Origin: Gemmatimonadota bacterium
GTDB taxonomy: Bacteria; Gemmatimonadota; Gemmatimonadetes; Palauibacterales; KS3-K002
DNA length: 22,792 nucleotides
Reading direction: 5' to 3'
Assembly: GCA_039586795.1 (NCBI GenBank)
Contig: JBDHJS010000052.1
Coordinates: 1 to 22,792, forward strand
Under the pieces are notes generated by a model that had not been told where the DNA came from, ran no database searches, and saw nothing but the letters and a program-made list of their open reading frames with translations. This document shows positions 7,345 to 15,777 of this stretch, one piece after another (the stretch's first letter is position 1; each line of letters begins with the position of its first letter). A program made the position numbers and the translations under genes.

Positions 7345-9146
7345 TCTACTGAGCTCTTGACCTCGATCAGAATTGTCGCGGCGAGCCGATCGAGTTGCAG
7401 CGAGTCGGCCTCCGTGGCACCGAAGGCTTCTGTGATGTACAGAACGAGCCGGTAGGCGGCGTTCTCTGCCGCGATCATAACGTCATCCGCCCCGAGCTCT
7501 TCGCCCGCTTTGTTCCGCGCGTCGAGTTCCAAGATCTTCGGCTCCAGGTCGATGCTCAGCCCGCCCTCCTCGAAGCCCGTCCGGCCCAGGGTCAGTAACG
7601 TGCGCTCCAGCGTCAAATGCGTCAGATCGTCCAGAGCGCGTTCCATCTCTTCGTCGTCTTCATCGAAGCTCTCGCTCAACAAGAAGACATAGTCGAAGTC
7701 GGCTACCGATAAGGGCTCGGGAGCGTTGGCAGAGAAGTTGATGCGCTCCGCCCGCTCCCAGCGGGTGCGGAAGCGCAGCCCCATCTCCTCCAGAGCGATG
7801 CTCGGCGTCAGGGCTTCCGCCAGGCGCTCCGGCTCGGCGTACCACTCGCGGATAGCGTCGAGGCCGTGCATCTCGTCGAGGTAACTCACGATGTTGCTGA
7901 TCTGCTGCTCATGCTCGAACTCGAGAGTCTTCCGTTCACGGGTCAGACCGACATCGGTCATCACCGCTTCGGTGACGAGCGCATCGCGCAGCCGGCCGAG
8001 CTGATCCCGCTTGGCCATCGCGGTTCCGCTCCATGGGCCGACGATGGACAACAGCGAGATAATGCACAGGCTGATGGGAATCACGCGGATATTCCGAGTG
8101 CGGCGAACCGTGAAGTAGAGGGTAATGCCGAGGAGCCACGCCGTCGCCACGATGACCAGATAGCGCCGTTCGGTTATCCCGTACTCGCTCACCCGAATCC
8201 AGATGGCGAGAGCGGTGAGAGCGATCAGCGGGTAGAGCGACCAGAAAAAGAAACGCGCGTAGTTCTTGATCCAGGCGTTCTCCGCACGCTCGCGGATCGG
8301 GTAGACGAGCAACATCGCGAGTATCCCGGCGATCGACAGGCCGATCACGGGGTATGTCACCCAGCCGGTCGGCAGGTTCCACTGGATGACGATCTTGATC
8401 AGGTAGGCATACAGTATGACGAGATAGATGACGACGAGGGGGATGAGCAGGAATTGGGTGAAGATGCGCAGCCCGATAGGGTATTCCTGTACGGCGTCCA
8501 GCGCCTGGACATCGCGCGGAGCGCCCGCCATGAAGAACCAGGCGCTGTACACGAACCCGACCCAGAACAAGAGTTGCCCATAAGTCTTGCCTTCCACTTC
8601 CAAGCCCAGCAGCGTGTCGCAAGCGGCCAGCGCCAGCGCCAGCCCGACGAACAGCACGCCCGCGTAGATAGCCGCCAGCGCCCCACGCAGCAGCAGCGCC
8701 TTGTTGTACTGCCAGAAGCCGTTCTCTTCGCCGCGTCTGCCGATGAACGGAGCGAAGGAAGCGAACAGATGGACCACGGCCATCAGCAGCCAGAAGCGAT
8801 AGAAATCGGTTCCTAGAGCAGGGCCCGGTAGCGTCAGGTAGTGAATAACCAGAGCCACGAGCCCGGCCAGGCTCACGCCGAGCCGGACATTCCTCGACCA
8901 GCCTCGCCCTTCGCCGAGCATCCGCAGAGAGAAGAAGAGCGAAATGCCGAGCGTGCCGGTCAAAAACAGGCCGAAGGCCGGTTCGGTTATGTCGAAGTCG
9001 GTGATTACCAGCCGGTGCGCGCCCGCCGCAGCCACTATGGCGGAGAGAATTGCGAACGGGAAACGCTCGAACGTGGCCCGGGCGTTTACCGCTAGCGTAA
9101 TGATGGATTGGAATCGCTTGTTACTGGACGGGCTATCGTCGTTCAC
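7341..9146 (-). CDS. DUF4153-domain multi-pass membrane protein
   Basis: 601 aa with many TM helices; motifs RFPFA, GFWQYN, YLVILYAYLIKI..W.LP.GWV, RVSEYGITERRY; GTG start with GAGG upstream. Confidence 0.85.
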   Translation of the reverse strand: MNDDSPSSNKRFQSIITLAVNARATFERFPFAILSAIVAAAGAHRLVITDFDITEPAFGLFLTGTLGISLFFSLRMLGEGRGWSRNVRLGVSLAGLVALVIHYLTLPGPALGTDFYRFWLLMAVVHLFASFAPFIGRRGEENGFWQYNKALLLRGALAAIYAGVLFVGLALALAACDTLLGLEVEGKTYGQLLFWVGFVYSAWFFMAGAPRDVQALDAVQEYPIGLRIFTQFLLIPLVVIYLVILYAYLIKIVIQWNLPTGWVTYPVIGLSIAGILAMLLVYPIRERAENAWIKNYARFFFWSLYPLIALTALAIWIRVSEYGITERRYLVIVATAWLLGITLYFTVRRTRNIRVIPISLCIISLLSIVGPWSGTAMAKRDQLGRLRDALVTEAVMTDVGLTRERKTLEFEHEQQISNIVSYLDEMHGLDAIREWYAEPERLAEALTPSIALEEMGLRFRTRWERAERINFSANAPEPLSVADFDYVFLLSESFDEDDEEMERALDDLTHLTLERTLLTLGRTGFEEGGLSIDLEPKILELDARNKAGEELGADDVMIAAENAAYRLVLYITEAFGATEADSLQLDRLAATILIEVKSSVD

Positions 9147-9203
9147 GGTCAGCCTCGCTTCGTTGAGGTCAGCCGATGGACCCAGGCGGTCTGTGGGATC
9201 GTA

Positions 9204-9584
9204 TCAGTCAGGTACCTCGTCGGATTTGCCAGCCAGCTCGGACATTCGTTCTACCGAGGCCATCATCTCCGCTTTGATCCGGTGGAACTCCGCATCCTGG
9301 CTCTCGAAGGCGGCCGTGTTCAGCCGGCGGACCAACCCGATAAATTGGTCGACCTCGATGCGAAGCGCATGGAAGCGGCGCTCGCTGGTCATGAATGGGT
9401 AGGCGCCGTAGAGGAAACCGGCGAGGACAATCAGGAGTCCTACGATGACGGTGATGTACCAGCCGAGCAGGTTGTCCAGGAACAAGAAGCTGCTCAGCAC
9501 CAGGGCCATACCAGCCATCGCGGCCAGCAGCCCGACGTACTTGTTGATGGCGCGGCGCCAACCACCGCGAACCTGATTGGCCAT
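9204..9584 (-). CDS. Hypothetical membrane protein (two TM helices plus helical tail)
   Basis: 126 aa; GAGGA upstream of ATG; two clear hydrophobic segments; co-oriented with the DUF4153 gene. Confidence 0.75.
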   Translation of the reverse strand: MANQVRGGWRRAINKYVGLLAAMAGMALVLSSFLFLDNLLGWYITVIVGLLIVLAGFLYGAYPFMTSERRFHALRIEVDQFIGLVRRLNTAAFESQDAEFHRIKAEMMASVERMSELAGKSDEVPD

Positions 9585-9699
9585 TTAGCGTCCTCGACTC
9601 TCCGCAGGTAGAGTTGATGGAGGGACGGCGGGCAAGGGGAGTCGGTGTTAATTTTAGAGTCAGACACGGATATTACAAGGACTTCGGTCAGGGCCGCGG

Positions 9700-10003
9700 C
9701 TCGCAGCCGCCTCCCCAGGCGATCGGGGTCGACCTCGCCGTGATCCCGATTGGCGTGGTGGAAATCGATCCGTTCACGGGCTCGCGTCGCATCCCGGAGG
9801 ATCATCCGATTCTTAGCTACGAGGCGACGTTTCAAGAGACACTGGGGATCGCCGAGAAGCTCGATGCGGGGCGCCTGATCATGACGCATATAGAAGAGCC
9901 GGATGGACTAACCTATGACGATCTGAAGCGCCTCGAGGAGCGGGACGATCTGCGACGCATGAACGTCACGTTCGCCTTCGACACTCTCGTCGTCGATGTC
10001 TGA
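9700..10003 (+). pseudogene. C-terminal remnant of a PhnP-like MBL-fold metallo-hydrolase
   Basis: PPQAIGVDLAVIPIG...EATFQETL...RLIMTHIEE...VTFAFDTLVVDV resembles an MBL C-terminus (THI metal ligand, AxD end). The HxHxDH-containing N-terminal part is absent and the upstream DNA is AT-richer and intergenic-like. Confidence 0.7.
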
Positions 10004-10107
10004 CGGGTGGCTGTTGTCGGGCACGTCACTTGCGGGCTTTAGTCGCATTCTCGCATCCAGTTCGCTTGGAACGCCGGCTCGACACCTTTCGTTTCATTGG
10101 TAACACC

Positions 10108-11169
10108 ATGACTCTAGCAAGGATCTCGGTTTTTGTTGGCTTGATCGCGATCGCGATGACGGCCGCCCGTCCCGCCGAAGCGCAGACGCAGGTCCACGAT
10201 CTGTTGAAGGAGCGCGTCGGATTATCGGATTCCGATATCAGGGATCTCGACGCGGGGATGGCGATGGTCGAATTGCCGGATGTTGGGGACAACCGAGAGG
10301 TAGCCGTCTTCAGTATCATTCGCGTCGAAGTACCTTCCGAATTTGCGATCGATCGCCTGCGTAACATAGAAGCCGTCCTCGCAGGTGGAGAGGTTGCGGT
10401 ACAGATGGGACGCTTCAGTGAGGAGCCTGTTGCCGCCGACATGACGGGCTTCGAGCTACCTCGCAACGACATCCGGGCGCTTCGTGAGTGCCGCCAGGGG
10501 AAATGCGATGTGAAGCTTCCGGCCGAAGTCATGCGGCAGCTGCAATCGGAAGTTGACTGGATGGCTGTCGACGCGGAGGCACAAGCGAACCGTGCGATGG
10601 CCAATTGGCTCATCGATTACCTCCAGGAATATGATTCGAGAGGCGACGCCGCCCTGGCGACGTATGAAGACAAGAAGGAGCCACTCAGCGTCGCGGAAGG
10701 CTTCGATATTCTGCTCGGCGAGTCACCGCTCATCCTGAACCGACGTCCGGAGTTGGTGACCTACTTGGAGCGATTCCCCCAGCTGAACCTGGATGGCGCA
10801 GAGGATATGTACTACTGGAGTGTGGAAGACTTCGGGCTCAAGCCCGTCACGCATCTCTACCACTCCACGATGTATCGACCTACCGGTAGCGTGCTTTACG
10901 ACGCCGTATTGGCGCGAAAGCAGATATACGCGAGTCACTATTTTCAGGCTGCCGTCTGCTTCGTGAGCATCGCGCCCGTGCCCGACCAGGAACGTGAGGT
11001 AGGCGTCTACGTGACGCTGTTCGTCCGCCAGCGGTTCGATGGGAAGGTGGGAGGCATCCAGCGGGCCACGTTGGAAAGAGGCTTAAGGAACAGCACGCGT
11101 TCGCAGCTCGAGGACGTGAAGCGCCGTCTCGAGAACAGCTATACGGCACAGGTTGGGAGAGAAGAGTGA
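10108..11169 (+). CDS. Secreted hypothetical protein
   Basis: Likely ATG 10108, signal peptide ending AEA-Q; CRQGKC Cys pair; YYWSVEDFGLKP and KQIYASHYF segments; stop overlaps the next start (TGATG). Confidence 0.8.
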   Translation: MTLARISVFVGLIAIAMTAARPAEAQTQVHDLLKERVGLSDSDIRDLDAGMAMVELPDVGDNREVAVFSIIRVEVPSEFAIDRLRNIEAVLAGGEVAVQMGRFSEEPVAADMTGFELPRNDIRALRECRQGKCDVKLPAEVMRQLQSEVDWMAVDAEAQANRAMANWLIDYLQEYDSRGDAALATYEDKKEPLSVAEGFDILLGESPLILNRRPELVTYLERFPQLNLDGAEDMYYWSVEDFGLKPVTHLYHSTMYRPTGSVLYDAVLARKQIYASHYFQAAVCFVSIAPVPDQEREVGVYVTLFVRQRFDGKVGGIQRATLERGLRNSTRSQLEDVKRRLENSYTAQVGREE

Positions 11170-11543
11170 TGCCTGGAATCAAAGAGATCGGTCAGATCGC
11201 CCTGACGGTGAGTGACCTGGGCGCTGCCACGGCGTTTTATCGCGATGTGATGGGACTGCAGCTCCTCTTCGAAGCTTCCGGTATGGCATTCTTTCAGTGT
11301 GGAGACGTGAGAATACTCCTCGGCACAGCCGACCTCTCCGAGGGTGAGCACCCGCCGACGATCCTCTACTATCGGGTCGAGGACATCGAGAAAGCGTGCG
11401 CTACAATGCGGGAGCGCGGCGCCACCGTAGAACGAGATCCTGCCCTGGCTCACCGCGCCGACGACCACGAGCTCTGGCTCGCCTTCCTCCGCGATACGGA
11501 TGGGCACATGCTGGCGCTGATGAGCGAAGTCCCCACATCCTGA
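11169..11543 (+). CDS. VOC (glyoxalase/bleomycin resistance/dioxygenase) family protein
   Basis: IGQIALTVSDL...AFYRDVMGL, YYRVEDIE, AFLRDTDGHMLALM; GGGAGA upstream; alternative GTG start at 11166. Confidence 0.9.
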   Translation: MPGIKEIGQIALTVSDLGAATAFYRDVMGLQLLFEASGMAFFQCGDVRILLGTADLSEGEHPPTILYYRVEDIEKACATMRERGATVERDPALAHRADDHELWLAFLRDTDGHMLALMSEVPTS

Positions 11544-11620
11544 GGTCGATAGACCCTCGAAAAGTCGGTAAACCTACAGAGCTAGTCCGCTGCTACTAAA
11601 GTAGTTAGGTTATATGGTGG

Positions 11621-11635
11621 TGGCATGCGGATTGC
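11621..11635 (+). promoter_or_regulatory. sigma54 (-24/-12) promoter
   Basis: TGGCATG-CGGA-TTGC with correct GG-N10-GC spacing; AT-rich, partially IHF-like tract immediately upstream (about 11594-11614). Confidence 0.75.
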
Positions 11636-11645
11636 CCCTATTCTG

Positions 11646-11708
11646 GCCCGTGTGAACGGGTGTCTGCGGGGGCGAAACCCGCGGGCAGCCGCCGTATGCC
11701 TTTATTTT
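11646..11708 (+). other. Two-hairpin structured RNA segment at the predicted sigma54 transcription start (leader or small RNA)
   Basis: GCCCGT-GTGA-ACGGGT (GNRA loop), then TGTCTGCGGG-GGCGAAA-CCCGCGGGCA (G-U pairs favour the + strand), then TTTATTTT at 11701-11708. Confidence 0.45.
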
Positions 11709-11852
11709 GCAGGGATTTCGAGTTCTAGAACCCTGTAGTACTCTCCCCCGGCTCGACCTGCAATCACTGTTATTCTGTCTGCATTCTGCCTGTCTTCTCG
11801 CGGAAGGCGAGGGTGTATTGGCTGATCGTGGCTGGCGAAGGGTGACGGGGCG

Positions 11853-13586
11853 ATGATGGGAGGGTCCCAGGTGTCCCTGGAAAGAACGATTACCAGGTTC
11901 TTGAACCTGATTCGGCTTAACCGAATCAAGGCCAAGATTCTGGTGTTTGCGCTCATCGCCACTCTGATCCCCTCCTTCACCATGGGTTGGCTATCCTACC
12001 GCAACAACCGCCGGGTTCTGGAGGAGAAGGTTGCGGGCGAACTGGCCGGTCTCACCTCCCATTCGTCGAGCCTCTTTGACTTCTTCCTCAAGGATCGCCA
12101 GATCGAGGTGCGCGTCTTCAAGAACTCCGAGGAAGTGACGCTGAACCTGAGGCGGGTTTTGCAGGGCTCGACGGTCGACGATGGCGTAGAGGACGCGGCC
12201 GGTCGGCTGGTCGCTTACCTGGAATCGGTGGGCCAGAAGACGGCGGACTACAAAGAACTCGTGGTCGTAGACCTGGAAGGCAATCCCGTACTCAGCACAC
12301 TGAGGGACCACGGGCCGGGGGATCTACCAGAGAACTGGCGCGGCCGTCTGGATAAGAACGAGCCTATCGTCTGTGGCTACCATTGGGACCAGCGGTTGGG
12401 GGAATGGGTGGTTCTGGTTGCTGAGCCGATTAGCGATCCTCAAAGCGGAGATCAGCTTGGTGTTCTCGTGGCCCGACTCGGCTTTGAGACTATACGTGAG
12501 TATCTGGAGACATCGGTCACGAACGACGCCCACGAGATCTTCCTGATGACCGACGGCGGTCTCATACTTGCCAGCTCTGAGGCGCTGCCTGCCTCATCGC
12601 CTCAAATCACCGTTGCTCCGGCGGACGCGAGGAAGCTCTTTGATTCCGCGGGAGAGCCGCACGAATACGACAGCTTCCGCGGTAACAAAGTGATCGGTGT
12701 TCTGTCGACGATGGACGCCCTCGGCTGGGGTGTCGTCGCCCACATAGATCGCGAGAGAGCGTACTCTAGGATCGCCAGTCTGCGAAACGTCACGTTCCTG
12801 CTCACCGTATGCATTGCGTTGGGGATCGGGTTGGCCGCCTATCTGCTGGGCATGACGATCGTGCGGCCGCTCGATCGACTAACAGCGGGCGCCACGGGAA
12901 TCACGGAGGGCAAGCTCGACGTTCACCTCCCGGTATACAGCCGCGGCGAGTTGGGGGCGATGACGGTGGCCTTCAATCGCATGGCGATGCGGCTAAGACA
13001 GGTCCTGGGCGAGCTGGACGATACGAACAAGGCGCTGATCAAGAAGAACGAAGAACTGCACGAACTATCGATCACCGATTCGTTGACCGGGCTAAACAAC
13101 CGCAAGCACATGATGGAGACGCTGGAGAGCGAGGGCGCGCGAGCGGTTCGCTATAACCACCCGTATTCGATCCTGATGATAGACATCGACGGCTTCAAGA
13201 CCTTCAACGACACCTACGGTCACCTGGCCGGCGATGAGGTATTGCGGGAAGTCGCGGCAACGTTGAAGCACTCGCTGCGAGCCGGCGACTACGCGGCCCG
13301 CTACGGCGGCGAGGAGTTCCTGATCTTGTTACCGGAGACCGGGCCGGAGGATGCCGCACTTTCTGCGGAGCGGCTTCGACAGCGTGTGGAAGCGACCTTT
13401 GGCGTCGACGAGGGCTCACCCGAGATTACAGTCAGCGTTGGCGTCGCTTCGTTTCCCGATAACGGAAGCGGTCCCGAGCACGTGCTCGTTCAGGCCGATA
13501 CCGCGATGTACAGCGCGAAGCGCGCCGGCCGCAACAGGGTGTCGCTGGCGAAGGGGAAGCGGGAAGCTGGCGGAGTAGAGTCTTAA
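11853..13586 (+). CDS. Membrane-bound diguanylate cyclase (TM, Cache-like sensor, TM, HAMP, GGDEF)
   Basis: Two TM segments flank a periplasmic region of about 270 aa; HAMP (IVRPLDRL...ELGAMTVAFNRM); DSLTGLNN, DIDGFKTFNDTYGHLAGD, RYGGEEF; RxxD I-site (RAGD) present. Start could be a few codons downstream. Confidence 0.93.
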   Translation: MMGGSQVSLERTITRFLNLIRLNRIKAKILVFALIATLIPSFTMGWLSYRNNRRVLEEKVAGELAGLTSHSSSLFDFFLKDRQIEVRVFKNSEEVTLNLRRVLQGSTVDDGVEDAAGRLVAYLESVGQKTADYKELVVVDLEGNPVLSTLRDHGPGDLPENWRGRLDKNEPIVCGYHWDQRLGEWVVLVAEPISDPQSGDQLGVLVARLGFETIREYLETSVTNDAHEIFLMTDGGLILASSEALPASSPQITVAPADARKLFDSAGEPHEYDSFRGNKVIGVLSTMDALGWGVVAHIDRERAYSRIASLRNVTFLLTVCIALGIGLAAYLLGMTIVRPLDRLTAGATGITEGKLDVHLPVYSRGELGAMTVAFNRMAMRLRQVLGELDDTNKALIKKNEELHELSITDSLTGLNNRKHMMETLESEGARAVRYNHPYSILMIDIDGFKTFNDTYGHLAGDEVLREVAATLKHSLRAGDYAARYGGEEFLILLPETGPEDAALSAERLRQRVEATFGVDEGSPEITVSVGVASFPDNGSGPEHVLVQADTAMYSAKRAGRNRVSLAKGKREAGGVES

Positions 13587-14392
13587 CGACCCCCGCTTAC
13601 CAGGCTCTGGTAGATCCAGCCGATCGTACCGTCCGCCAACCTCACACGTATCCAATGCCCCACATAGGAATAGCCGGTCACCGTGGATCCGCGCGGAACC
13701 GTCGTGACCACACCGTGCTCGCGCCCCGGGCCCGAGCGTATGTTGCTGTTCCTGACGACCTCGAGGCGGACCGGAGTTTCGAATAGCACTTCATCGGCTC
13801 CCGTCTCGATTTCCGGGCGGTCGCCCAGCTTGAGCTCGCCCATCTGAACCAGGCTCTTCACCTGGTTGGTCAGGAAGATGGTGCCGCCGAAGTTCTCCTC
13901 CTCGAACGCTTCCTGGGCCTGCTCCAGCGTGGTTGTCGCCTGAGCGTACTCGGTCGTCTCAGGACCGGCGGGCCGTGTGGCTAGAGCCTGCAGGGCGATC
14001 TCCGCCTCCGCCAACTCCGATGCGGCTTCGGCACGTGTCTCGCCGCCCACCACCTTCGCTTTGGCGCTCACTATCTCGTTGGTCGCCCGATCGAGCATCG
14101 CTTGCTGTGCGGCCAGGCGCGCTTCCAGGTCGGCGATCTGCGCGTCCTTGGCAAGGAGCTGGAGTTCCGCCGCCGCCGCTCGCTCCTGGATCGTCTCTAA
14201 TCGGTTCAGGAGTTCCGCGTACTGCTGCCTGACTTGCCGCAGGGTATCAGCAGCGAAATTGGTGGGAGGCGGAGCTGGCTCCGGCTCCGGCTCCGGTTCC
14301 GGAGGCGGGTCCTTCGAGCAGGCGGCAAGACTGAGAACGGTGAGCGTGAGAAGAGCCGCGCGCACGCTGGTTTCTCTGCTGCATCCGGCCAT
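13583..14392 (-). CDS. Lipoprotein with Pro/Glu linker, coiled coil and C-terminal SH3b domain
   Basis: ATG 14392 after GGGGAG; lipobox LAAC; PPPEPEPEPEPAPPP; long coiled coil; SNIRSGPG...WIRVRLADGTIGWIYQSLV. Confidence 0.85.
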   Translation of the reverse strand: MAGCSRETSVRAALLTLTVLSLAACSKDPPPEPEPEPEPAPPPTNFAADTLRQVRQQYAELLNRLETIQERAAAAELQLLAKDAQIADLEARLAAQQAMLDRATNEIVSAKAKVVGGETRAEAASELAEAEIALQALATRPAGPETTEYAQATTTLEQAQEAFEEENFGGTIFLTNQVKSLVQMGELKLGDRPEIETGADEVLFETPVRLEVVRNSNIRSGPGREHGVVTTVPRGSTVTGYSYVGHWIRVRLADGTIGWIYQSLVSGGR

Positions 14393-14611
14393 GGGTTCTC
14401 CCCGAATTGAGTCCGCTGGCTGCGGTGCGCCGAGCTGAACGGCCAGCCCGTGCGCAAAGCCGTGACGCCAGAACCGCCAGCGCCACGGCAATAAGATATA
14501 GGTTTTGATCGTTTTGTGCTTCAGTAATCGTCAAGCAGGCGACAGGTGTGTGGCGCATCAGTTCTGCAGCGTGAGCCCGGTGTCTGCCCGTGCCATAGAA
14601 GGCGCACTGAT

Positions 14612-14655
14612 AAAAAAAAGACAGCACACCGAGAGTCGGAAACCACTCGGTGTGC
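14612..14655 (-). terminator. Intrinsic terminator downstream of tRNA-Arg
   Basis: 10-bp stem GCACACCGAG/CTCGGTGTGC (14624-14633/14646-14655), followed on the minus strand by TGTC and a run of eight T. Confidence 0.75.
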
Positions 14656-14670
14656 CGCTGGTATATGTAA

Positions 14671-14744
<74 letters not shown>

Positions 14745-14755
14745 TGAGGGACTTT

Positions 14756-14784
14756 ATTCTATACGATAGGTCGCTGAATGGGAA
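14756..14784 (-). promoter_or_regulatory. Putative sigma70 promoter of tRNA-Arg
   Basis: TTCCCA, 17 nt, TAGAAT on the minus strand, ending 11 nt before the tRNA. Confidence 0.55.
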
Positions 14785-14796
14785 CCGGCCGCGGGT

Positions 14797-15297
14797 CTAC
14801 TTTCGTTCGACTCGCCAACTCCCTTCGTAGACCGGACCTCCCGCCATCCTCGCCCTGAACTTCCCTTCGATCACGTCGCCCATCACCAGCCCGGTGAAGG
14901 TGGTGTAGACGCCGCAGTGGCAGTCCGGGTCCTCGTATGGCTGCAACGTCCCGCTCACCTCGTTGCCCTCGACCTGCACGAAGGCGATTCGGAGGACCTG
15001 CGGGGCCGGCGCGTTACGGGCCTCGGCGGCCGGATCGTCCATCGGGCCCAGCGGCTTGGTCCAGCCCCGGGGGATCATCGTGACGTCCCCGTAGGCCGTG
15101 TCCCGACCTGCCTCCAGGTTGAACACGATGCTCCCGGTCCGACCCGTTGCCGGGCTGCCGTAGTAACCCGACCATTCGCCGGCCAGCGCGGCCACCTCGA
15201 CGTCGATGCCGGCTACCGGCACGGGCTCAGGGGCGGACGTGCACGCCGCCGTCATTCCGACGGCCAAAAGCAGGGAAGCCGCTCGGTTCTTGATCAT
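14797..15297 (-). CDS. Hypothetical beta-rich lipoprotein
   Basis: MIKNRAASLLLAVGMTAAC lipobox; LAGEWSGYY, DPDCHC, GSWRVER. The longer listed ORF overlaps a tRNA, so the start was moved to ATG 15297. Confidence 0.8.
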   Translation of the reverse strand: MIKNRAASLLLAVGMTAACTSAPEPVPVAGIDVEVAALAGEWSGYYGSPATGRTGSIVFNLEAGRDTAYGDVTMIPRGWTKPLGPMDDPAAEARNAPAPQVLRIAFVQVEGNEVSGTLQPYEDPDCHCGVYTTFTGLVMGDVIEGKFRARMAGGPVYEGSWRVERK

Positions 15298-15328
15298 TGC
15301 CCGCCCAATCCCGGGGCCAGCGCCCCGT

Positions 15329-15378
15329 AAAAGCACAGCCGTAACCCGCGCTGCCTGCTCCGCGGAAATTACGGCCGT
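15329..15378 (-). terminator. Terminator-like hairpin after tRNA-Leu(GAG)
   Basis: ACGGCCGTAAT/GTTACGGCTGT stem with inner CCGCG/CGCGG, followed by GCTTTT. Confidence 0.55.
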
Positions 15379-15385
15379 CTCGCTA

Positions 15386-15469
15386 TGCCCACGACAGGAC
15401 TCGAACCTGTACGCCCCGAAAGGCACCAGCCCCTCAAGCTGGCCTGTCTACCAATTCCAGCACGTGGGC
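15386..15469 (-). tRNA. tRNA-Leu(GAG)
   Basis: GCCCACG acceptor, GGAATTGGTAGAC D-loop, CCAGC-TTGAGGG-GCTGG anticodon arm, long variable arm, GGTTCGAGTCC; CCA not encoded. Confidence 0.96.
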
Positions 15470-15480
15470 ACTTCCTAGAA

Positions 15481-15564
15481 TGCTCGGAGGGGGATTCGAA
15501 CCCCCACGGGATTGCTCCCACAGGATCCTGAATCCTGCGCGTCTACCAATTCCGCCATCCGAGC
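15481..15564 (-). tRNA. tRNA-Leu(CAG)
   Basis: GCTCGGA acceptor, CAGGA-TTCAGGA-TCCTG anticodon arm, variable arm GGGA-GCAA-TCCC, GGTTCGAATCC; CCA not encoded. Confidence 0.96.
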
Positions 15565-15648
15565 CAGCCGGGCCATGAAGCTGGCCCGTTACACTTCGTC
15601 GTGTTTCGGGCCTTGCGTCCCGGCTGCCTTGTTGCTTAGCGGAAGGTA

Positions 15649-15677
15649 AGACTATGTGGGCGGCAGCTTGTTTTCAA
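15649..15677 (-). promoter_or_regulatory. Putative sigma70 promoter of the tRNA-Leu pair
   Basis: TTGAAA, 17 nt, TAGTCT on the minus strand. Confidence 0.6.
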
Positions 15678-15777
15678 GCCCGGCGGTGCTGATCCGCGTC
15701 ATGGAAAAGCCAACGAGGCCAGGCCAGGCCCCGTTCCGCAGATGGCTGTTACTCGGTGGCCGTAAGAGCCGGGCCGG

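Noticed and set aside
14268..14310. Short tandem CTCCGG repeats
   Set aside because: They encode the PEPEPE linker of the lipoprotein; not an independent element.
14580..14595. TGGCACG on the minus strand upstream of the SH3b lipoprotein as a third sigma54 site
   Set aside because: No TTGC at the -12 position (reads GACA).
9600..14670. Possible genomic island integrated at tRNA-Arg
   Set aside because: No integrase and no duplicated tRNA 3' end found by eye; compositional shift not quantified.
15608..15625. GGGACGCAAGGCC on the minus strand resembling part of the c-di-GMP-I riboswitch
   Set aside because: The GCAAAC/GAAA-tetraloop P2 arm and receptor-containing P3 are not present, and it precedes a tRNA.
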